From the NCBI GenBank assembly GCA_002477805.1, contig DLKQ01000022.1:1-63418 (forward strand): a stretch of DNA of 63,418 nucleotides, given 5' to 3'. Shown here piece by piece: positions 57,094 to 63,418 of this stretch (positions within the stretch are counted from its first letter, which is position 1; each line of letters begins with the position of its first letter). The position numbers and the translations under genes were made by a program. The stretch comes from Christensenella sp. UBA7584 (GTDB taxonomy: Bacteria; Bacillota; Clostridia; Christensenellales; UBA1242). The notes beneath the pieces were generated by a model that worked only from the letters and a program-made list of their open reading frames with translations, was not told the origin of the DNA and did not search any database.

Positions 57094-58059
57094 ATGAAAT
57101 TTGCAGAACTAAAAGGTAGCTTAAATCAAAAATTACACAACGCTTATTATATTTTTGGCAAAGATAATTACCTAATGGATTCTGCTATGAATATGATAAC
57201 AAAAAGATGTGTGAAAAATTTTCCTGATTTTAACATAAACTCATTTAATGATGAGAATTTTGATATCGAGAAAGTTCTAACTTGTTGTCATAGTATTCCA
57301 ATGTGCGATGAAATGAAAGTTGTTTCAGTTATAAATGCACAACCAGATAAACAAGCAATTGTGAAACTTGAGAAATATTTAAAGTCAGTTAATCAAAGTA
57401 CCTGCTTAATAATAAAGGATAATGTAAATTTTAATGGGTATAAAGCTATAAGTAATTTGTGCCAGAATGTTGATTGTGATTTTTTGGATATAAAAATGAT
57501 ACGACCTCTTGTTTTGAATATGTTTAAGAAATCTAGTGTCCAAATTGAAGAAAATGCACTTACAAAATTAATAGAATATTGTAATTTTGATATGAGTTTT
57601 ATTGTAAAAGAAGTGAAAAAACTTGTTTCGTTATGTAAAAGTGGACAAATTGTTACTACTGACATAGTAGATGAAATGGTACACAAAAATTTGGAGTATT
57701 CTGTGTTTGAGCTTAGTTCCGCTGTTTGTGAGAAAAACAAAAGAAAAGCTATTGAACTTTTGGAAATAATGCTTGATAAAAAAGAAAGTCCACAAATACT
57801 GCTAATGTTACTAATTTCAAATTTTAGAAGAATGTTTTACACATCGGTTACATCTGGGACTGATAAAGAAATTGCAAATCTCCTTGATGTAAAAGAATAT
57901 TCTATAAAGATGTCTAGAAAACTTATGCAAAATTTCACTCCCAAACAATTAAAAAAAGTGTTAGATTTGGGTGGAAAAGTTGATTTTGATGTAAAAAATG
58001 GAAAAATAGATGAGATTAATGCTATTTATTTTTTTGTGAGTAATATAATTTTAATGTAA
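57094..58059 (+). CDS. holA: DNA polymerase III delta subunit
   Basis: Track ORF trimmed to MKFAELKGSL (GAGGAG RBS), 321 aa. YIFGKDNYLM start typical of HolA, and a conserved comEC-holA neighbourhood. Confidence 0.8.
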   Translation: MKFAELKGSLNQKLHNAYYIFGKDNYLMDSAMNMITKRCVKNFPDFNINSFNDENFDIEKVLTCCHSIPMCDEMKVVSVINAQPDKQAIVKLEKYLKSVNQSTCLIIKDNVNFNGYKAISNLCQNVDCDFLDIKMIRPLVLNMFKKSSVQIEENALTKLIEYCNFDMSFIVKEVKKLVSLCKSGQIVTTDIVDEMVHKNLEYSVFELSSAVCEKNKRKAIELLEIMLDKKESPQILLMLLISNFRRMFYTSVTSGTDKEIANLLDVKEYSIKMSRKLMQNFTPKQLKKVLDLGGKVDFDVKNGKIDEINAIYFFVSNIILM

Positions 58060-58086
58060 AAATCACCCGGTTGTGGGTGATTTTTT
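58058..58086. terminator. Bidirectional terminator between holA and alr
   Basis: AAAATCACCC-GGTTGT-GGGTGATTTT followed by TT. Confidence 0.75.
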
Positions 58087-58185
58087 CTTTTGTGCAAAGC
58101 ACCTATATTTTGCGATATGTTGCCATATTGCTTCGAGGCAGTGCCTCGTTGTAAGTGGTGAGGCTTTTTCCCTCACGTTATCATT

Positions 58186-59262
58186 TTATGTTTTCGGTTT
58201 TCTTTTTGTGCAGGATATTGAATTAAAATTTGTTAAAATTTCATAGGGTATAGTGCCACACTTTTTTGCGATTTGATTTGCTGTTATTTCTAAGTTCCCA
58301 CTTTTTCCGAGTACCACTGCATAATCTCCAAGTTTTACCCCTTTTATTTTTGTTATATCAACTATTGTCATACTCATACAAATATTTGCAATTATTTTTG
58401 CCTTTTTTCCATTTATTAATACATAACCCTTTTTACTATAAACTCTCATTAGACCATCAGCATATCCAATACCAAGTACTGCTATCATTTTATCACTATG
58501 CGTTTTATGTTTATTCCCATATCCAATATATTTGCCTCGTTTTACAAAAGAAATGTTTATAATTCTTGAATACACGCTCATAACTGGTTTTAAGTTTGGA
58601 AAATTTCCGTAACCATAAAGAGCTAAACCAACGCGTGCCATTTCATTTTGTTTTTGTTTGCTATAAAATGCTGTTTCAGAATTTGCGTAATGAATAATAC
58701 ATTTTTTTGAAATATTTTTGCAAAAAGCATTAAATTTTGTTAATTGTGCTTGTGTTCGTTTTCCTTTGCCACTTCCGATGTGGGTGAATACGCCTGTAAT
58801 TTCTATGTTAGAATTTCCCTTTAAAAAGTTTAAGGTATCGCAAAATTGACAACACTTTTCGAATCCAAGTCGATGCATACCGGAATCAATTTTTATGTGA
58901 ATTTTGCAAATTTTTGTGCTATTTTTAACATTTTTTGCTATTTTTATAATGTCTTTTTTGCAAAACACACCTAAATCAATATCATTTTCAATTGCTTTAT
59001 TTATTGAGGAATAATCCAAAACTCCAATGACAAGTATAGGTTTTTTGGTATATTGTCTTGCTATTAGAGCTTCTTTTATATTATTTACAGCGAAGTAATC
59101 AACAATATTCTGAGTGGCTTTAATTACTTTTTCGATACCGTGACCATAAGCGTTGGATTTCACTACTGCACACAATTTGCTGGGATAATTCCATTTTTTA
59201 ATTATTATTGCGTTATGAAGGAGTGCTTCTTTATTAATAAGTTTTAATGAGTTTTTAATCAT
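58186..59262 (-). CDS. alr: Alanine racemase
   Basis: 358 aa. PLP-lysine motif AVVKSNAYGHG and C-terminal YEILTN. Confidence 0.94.
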   Translation of the reverse strand: MIKNSLKLINKEALLHNAIIIKKWNYPSKLCAVVKSNAYGHGIEKVIKATQNIVDYFAVNNIKEALIARQYTKKPILVIGVLDYSSINKAIENDIDLGVFCKKDIIKIAKNVKNSTKICKIHIKIDSGMHRLGFEKCCQFCDTLNFLKGNSNIEITGVFTHIGSGKGKRTQAQLTKFNAFCKNISKKCIIHYANSETAFYSKQKQNEMARVGLALYGYGNFPNLKPVMSVYSRIINISFVKRGKYIGYGNKHKTHSDKMIAVLGIGYADGLMRVYSKKGYVLINGKKAKIIANICMSMTIVDITKIKGVKLGDYAVVLGKSGNLEITANQIAKKCGTIPYEILTNFNSISCTKRKPKT

Positions 59263-59350
59263 AAAATTATAATATTATTCAAAAATTCTTAATGTGTTTT
59301 AATTGCTTTTTTTTCTTTTCTTTGCTATAATGTTTTACGAGGAAAGGTAG

Positions 59351-60676
59351 ATGGAAAATAATTTAATTTTTAATAATGACAATTTGTTTTCAAAAAATTT
59401 AATTGATAAACAATTTGGAATAAATAATTTGGATTTGGAAAGTGTGAAAGAACAGTCCAAAACGGTTTTTAATGCTGTAGTAAAAGATTTAAAAAAAGAG
59501 GCAAAAGCATATTTTAATTTAGTAAAAGATTTGGGTGATATTGAAAGGCTTGAACAATTTGAAGATGAGATTTCACATAAGTTTGATGATTTTGTAGTTT
59601 TTGGTATTGGTGGTTCAGCTCTTGGAGCGAGAGCTATTTTTGAGGCGCTTACAAACAAGTTTTATAATGAAAATAAAGATGTTAGAGTGGGAAGACCAAG
59701 AATTTTTGTTTGTGATACTATTGATCCTACAGATTTTGTTTCTATCTTGGAAAATATAGATATAAAAAGAACTATGTTTTGTATTGTTAGTAAAAGTGGT
59801 TCAACAGTTGAAACAATGATTCAATTATCTATCGTTGAATCTAAATTAAGGGCTGTAGTTGGAGATATTTTTAACAATCATTTTTGTGTTATAACATCAA
59901 ATAAAAAAGGTAAATTAAATCTTTGGGCAGAGAAAAATAAAATACAGACTTTTTATTTTGAAGAAGATTTAAGTGGAAGATTTTCTGTCCTTTCTGCAGT
60001 TGGGCTTCTACCAGCAATTGTTTGTGGTGTGAAAATTAGAGAACTCCTAAATGGTGCAAAAATTATGCTTGAAAGGTGTGAGAAATTTGAAGATAATCCA
60101 GCACTTTTTGGTGCAATGATTCAGTATCTGTCTATAAAAAAAGGAATAAGTATATCATACTTGATGCCTTATTCTGAAAGATTGCGTGTTTTTTCTGAAT
60201 GGTATTGCCAGCTTTGGGCTGAAAGTTTGGGGAAAGAAAAGAATAATGTGGGTGATTGTTTGAATATCGGACAAACTCCTGTTAGGTCTGTTGGTACTGT
60301 TGATCAACATAGTCAAATGCAATTGTGCCTTGAAGGACCTTTTGATAAAATTGTTACTTTTATTCAAATCCAAAATTTTGTAAAAGATGAAATAATCCCG
60401 GAAAATCCAGAACTGCTTCCAAGCTTTTATTTTGGAAAGAATTTGTCGCAAATTTTAAACACATCTCAAACAGCGACAGCAAAAGCGCTTCGCGAAAAAA
60501 ATCGAGTAAATCGAACCATTATTGTTCCAAAACTTGATGAGTACGCGTTGGGGCAGTTGTTTATGTATTTTATGTTGGAAACTTCTTTTACAGCAGAATT
60601 TTTTGAGATAAACGCTTACAATCAACCAGCCGTAGAACTTATAAAACAAAATATGAAAGATATGCTCGCAGGTTAG
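59351..60676 (+). CDS. pgi: Glucose-6-phosphate isomerase (short bacterial type)
   Basis: 441 aa. FGIGGSALG, VSKSGSTVET, DLSGRFSVLSAVGL and VGTVDQHSQMQL. Confidence 0.94.
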   Translation: MENNLIFNNDNLFSKNLIDKQFGINNLDLESVKEQSKTVFNAVVKDLKKEAKAYFNLVKDLGDIERLEQFEDEISHKFDDFVVFGIGGSALGARAIFEALTNKFYNENKDVRVGRPRIFVCDTIDPTDFVSILENIDIKRTMFCIVSKSGSTVETMIQLSIVESKLRAVVGDIFNNHFCVITSNKKGKLNLWAEKNKIQTFYFEEDLSGRFSVLSAVGLLPAIVCGVKIRELLNGAKIMLERCEKFEDNPALFGAMIQYLSIKKGISISYLMPYSERLRVFSEWYCQLWAESLGKEKNNVGDCLNIGQTPVRSVGTVDQHSQMQLCLEGPFDKIVTFIQIQNFVKDEIIPENPELLPSFYFGKNLSQILNTSQTATAKALREKNRVNRTIIVPKLDEYALGQLFMYFMLETSFTAEFFEINAYNQPAVELIKQNMKDMLAG

Positions 60677-60696
60677 TTTGCGAAGTAGGTGGTGAT

Positions 60697-61209
60697 ATGG
60701 AGGTATTTCAGAAAAATTATTTTTCTCCTATTGGAGAGATTATAATGGAAGGTGATGGAGAATTTCTTACAAGCTTACAGTTTAAAACTTTAAATAATAA
60801 AAGCGATGAATTTCAAGTTAACAAAAAAAGTTTACAAATTTTTGTGGAAACTGAAAAGTGGCTTGATATTTATTTTTCTGGCTTAAAGCCAAATTTTACT
60901 CCAAAATATAAGGTACAAAACGCTTCGACATTTAGACAACAAGTTTTGGAACTTGTTTCTCAAATACCTTTTGGCTCTACTGTTACATATAAACAGATTG
61001 CTGAAAAAATAAAATTAGTGCGAGGCGTTGAAAGAATGTCTGCACAGGCTATTGGTGGTGCTGTTGGTTGGAATCCAATTTGTCTTATCATTCCTTGTCA
61101 TCGAGTAGTTGGTAGTAAAAGTCTGGTAGGTTATGGCGGGGGACTTGATAAAAAAATAGAACTCTTAAAACTTGAAAAAGTTCAAAATCTACCATTTTTA
61201 TTAAATTAA
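60697..61209 (+). CDS. ogt: Methylated-DNA--protein-cysteine methyltransferase
   Basis: 170 aa. Active site IPCHRVVG, then VTYKQIA and GYGGGLDKK. Confidence 0.93.
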   Translation: MEVFQKNYFSPIGEIIMEGDGEFLTSLQFKTLNNKSDEFQVNKKSLQIFVETEKWLDIYFSGLKPNFTPKYKVQNASTFRQQVLELVSQIPFGSTVTYKQIAEKIKLVRGVERMSAQAIGGAVGWNPICLIIPCHRVVGSKSLVGYGGGLDKKIELLKLEKVQNLPFLLN

Positions 61210-61221
61210 TATTATAGAGGC

Positions 61222-61266
61222 GAGTTCATTATCTTAGTAAGAGTTAATAGAACTCATTTTTCTTTT
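61222..61266 (+). terminator. Weak terminator after ogt
   Basis: GAGTTC / GAACTC 6-bp stem with a 22-nt loop, then ATTTTTCTTTTT. Confidence 0.35.
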
Positions 61267-61480
61267 TGCAGTATTTTGTACTTTTTGTTGTCGTATTATT
61301 TGATAAAAGTTTGATAAATTTTCTATTACTGAATTTCAATTCGAATCATTCATACTTTAAATAGGTTTTAAAGTCAAGGAAATTCCAACCGAACGATATG
61401 GGGCGGGACAAAACCGATAGACATACATAAAGTTCCATTTACAAAAACATATGTTTTTTGCTGGTTCTTATGGTGTTAGT

Positions 61481-61525
61481 TGGTGCTGAAGGATGGACTC
61501 GAACCTTGGACCAACTGATTAAGAG
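61481..61525 (-). pseudogene. 3'-half remnant of a tRNA-Lys(CUU)-like gene (anticodon loop to CCA)
   Basis: Minus strand reads CTCTTAA-TCAGT-TGGTC-CAAGG-TTCGAGT-CCATC-CTTCAGC-A-CCA. There is no matching 5' half (no GCTGAAG acceptor strand or anticodon-stem partner), and only 3 of 5 T-stem pairs form. Confidence 0.6.
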
Positions 61526-61739
61526 GTGTGATTAAAACTTGTTAAAATGGTTAATTTTATGACTTAAAAATCCCTTTAATCCCTTATTTTATCTAGTAAA
61601 TTCGTGTTATATAATTTAATTTCGTCTTATATCAATTTCTATTTATTTAAGTTTTTAGTGTGAACTTTTATAAAAGTTTGAAATAACCGAGTTTTAAAGG
61701 ATTGTATTTAATAAAATTTCACTTTAAATATTCAGATAC

Positions 61740-61769
61740 TTGACAAAATTTGATTTAAAGTTATATAAT
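61740..61769 (+). promoter_or_regulatory. Promoter of the ABC-2 exporter operon
   Basis: TTGACA, 18 nt, TATAAT. Confidence 0.6.
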
Positions 61770-61800
61770 TGAAAAGGTTGTTGTAAGGAATATATTTGTT

Positions 61801-62712
61801 ATGGAAAATGATATTATAGAAATTAAAAACCTTGATAAATCTTTTGGAGATATCCATGCTGTTGATAACTTATCATTTAAAGTTAAGCGTGGTGAATTAT
61901 TTGCATTTCTTGGTGTAAATGGTGCTGGGAAAAGTACCACTATTTCAATTATGTGTGGGACTCTTAACAAAGATAATGGAAAGGTTATAATAGATGGTAA
62001 AGATATTGATACCCAAATTTCAAGTATAACAAAAGAAATTGGTGTTGTTTTTCAAAACTCTGTTTTAGATAAAGTTTTAACTGTAAAAGATAATTTAATT
62101 TCCCGTGCTAGTCTTTATGAAATTTATGGACAAGAAGCCAATAAAAGAATTCTTGAACTTGCTGAACTATTAGATTTTAAAAATTTACTCAATCGAACTG
62201 TTGGAAAACTTTCAGGTGGACAAAGGCGAAGAATTGATGTTGCTAGAGCTCTTTTACACAATCCCAAAATACTAATATTAGATGAACCAACTACTGGTCT
62301 TGACCCACAAACAAGAAAAACATTATGGTCTGTTATTGATATTTGTAGAAAAAAACAAAATATGACAGTATTTTTAACCACTCATTATATGGAAGAAGCA
62401 TCTGATGCAGACTATGTTATTATTCTTGATAATGGCAAAATATCCACCGAAGGAACTCCCTTAGACTTAAAAAACAAATATTCGGGCGATTTTATAAACA
62501 TTTATAATGAAACCGAAGAAAATGTTAAAAAATTAGGCGTTCCATATGAAAAAATGGGAGATTTTTTCAGGCTTGAAGTTAAAGATACCGAAGAAGCAAA
62601 AAATCTTATTATAAAATATCCAAAGTTATTTAAAGATTTTGAAATAACAAAAGGTAAAATGGACGATGTGTTTTTAGCCGTAACTGGCAAAAAACTTGTA
62701 GGGGGTAATTAA
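61801..62712 (+). CDS. ABC transporter ATP-binding protein (DrrA / ABC-2 subfamily)
   Basis: 303 aa. Walker A GVNGAGKST, signature LSGGQRRR, Walker B ILILDEPTTGLD and an H-loop. Confidence 0.93.
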   Translation: MENDIIEIKNLDKSFGDIHAVDNLSFKVKRGELFAFLGVNGAGKSTTISIMCGTLNKDNGKVIIDGKDIDTQISSITKEIGVVFQNSVLDKVLTVKDNLISRASLYEIYGQEANKRILELAELLDFKNLLNRTVGKLSGGQRRRIDVARALLHNPKILILDEPTTGLDPQTRKTLWSVIDICRKKQNMTVFLTTHYMEEASDADYVIILDNGKISTEGTPLDLKNKYSGDFINIYNETEENVKKLGVPYEKMGDFFRLEVKDTEEAKNLIIKYPKLFKDFEITKGKMDDVFLAVTGKKLVGGN

Positions 62713-62713
62713 G

Positions 62714-63418
62714 ATGAAGACTTTATTTTATATGACAAAACGAAATATGAAAATTTTTTTTAAAGATAAAGGGATGTTCTTTTCTTCTCTTATAACACCT
62801 ATTATTTTATTAGTATTGTTTACAACCTTTTTAGCTAGAATTTATAAACAAAGTTTACCAGCAGGGCTTACTGAAGGAATACAAAACGGCATTGTAAATG
62901 GGCAATTATTTTCCTCTTTATTAGCAGTAAGTTGTGTAACCGTTGCTTTTTGTGCAAATATGCTTATGGTTATAGATAAAGTTAATGGCACAAAAAAAGA
63001 TATATATATTACACCAACTAAAAAATCTACCATTGCTATGTCATATTATTTTGCATCATTATTTGCCACATTACTAGTTGCACTCGTTGGTACAGTTGCA
63101 TGTTTTATTTATATTGGTGCAACAGGCTGGTATATGTCCTTTGGAGATATAGTTTTAATTTTTATAGATTTATTCATGCTTAGTCTATTTGGAACAGCAT
63201 TATCTTCAATTATAAATTGTTTTTTAACATCTCAAGGACAAATATCTGCCATTGGAACTATTGTTAGTGCAGGATATGGTTTTGTATGTGGAGCCTATAT
63301 GCCTATAGCTCAAATGGGCTCAGTTATGCAAAATATTTTAGCATTTTTGCCTGGGACATATGGAACATCTCTCCTTAAATATCATGCTTTGAGTGGCGTA
63401 TTTAGAGAAATGTCTAAA
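62714..63418 (+). CDS. ABC-2 type transporter permease (partial, runs off the window)
   Basis: Open frame of 235 codons read by hand from ATG 62714, 1 nt after the ATPase stop. MKTLFYMTKRNMKIFFKDKGMFFSSLITPIILL... with multiple TM helices. It is not in the ORF track because no stop codon lies inside the window. Confidence 0.85.
   Translation, partial: MKTLFYMTKRNMKIFFKDKGMFFSSLITPIILLVLFTTFLARIYKQSLPAGLTEGIQNGIVNGQLFSSLLAVSCVTVAFCANMLMVIDKVNGTKKDIYITPTKKSTIAMSYYFASLFATLLVALVGTVACFIYIGATGWYMSFGDIVLIFIDLFMLSLFGTALSSIINCFLTSQGQISAIGTIVSAGYGFVCGAYMPIAQMGSVMQNILAFLPGTYGTSLLKYHALSGVFREMSK

Overview
Low-GC chromosomal segment that looks like Bacillota, probably Clostridia-like, using the standard genetic code (TGA, TAA and TAG all end recognisable genes). 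It is mostly core genome.

Layout:
- 1-586: 3' end of an rrn operon (23S tail, 5S, terminator).
- 0.6-1.9 kb: gene-free tract with broken ORF pieces.
- 1.9-35 kb: housekeeping genes. These are a P-type ATPase, a divergent ThyX-like protein, a short pyruvate kinase, eno, tyrS, a yigZ-family gene, recX, acpS, a mazF-type toxin pair, a 973-aa GLUG-repeat surface protein, a YycJ-like MBL hydrolase, spoIIE, tilS, two membrane transporters or flippase-like proteins, trpS, an ArsR regulator, murB, a PHP phosphoesterase, whiA, dnaE and pfkA.
- 35.8-52.2 kb: one uninterrupted S10-spc-alpha ribosomal supercluster (rpsJ to rplQ, including secY, adk, map, infA, rpmJ and rpoA). It sits behind a strong promoter and a ~400-nt structured leader.
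- 52.2-63.4 kb: a small accessory islet (HAD hydrolase, SHOCT membrane protein, DUF1697), tRNA-Glu(CUC), comEC, holA, alr, pgi and ogt. These are followed by a 3'-half remnant of a tRNA-Lys(CUU) and an ABC-2 type exporter that runs off the window.

I found no CRISPR array, transposase, integrase or recognisable defence island, and I cannot point to a clearly novel multi-gene system.

The items most worth a second look are:
- the long ThyX-like protein that lacks RHR at the canonical motif position;
- the pyruvate kinase without a C-terminal domain;
- the structured leader or possible sRNA upstream of rpsJ, with a perfect 16-bp palindrome;
- the MazF toxin paired with a partner that does not look like an RHH antitoxin;
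- the tandem paralogous small proteins;
- the candidate leaderless transcripts;
- the tRNA-Lys fragment, which suggests an old integration site next to the ABC-2 operon.

All coordinates of short motifs were counted by hand and may be off by 1-2 nt.
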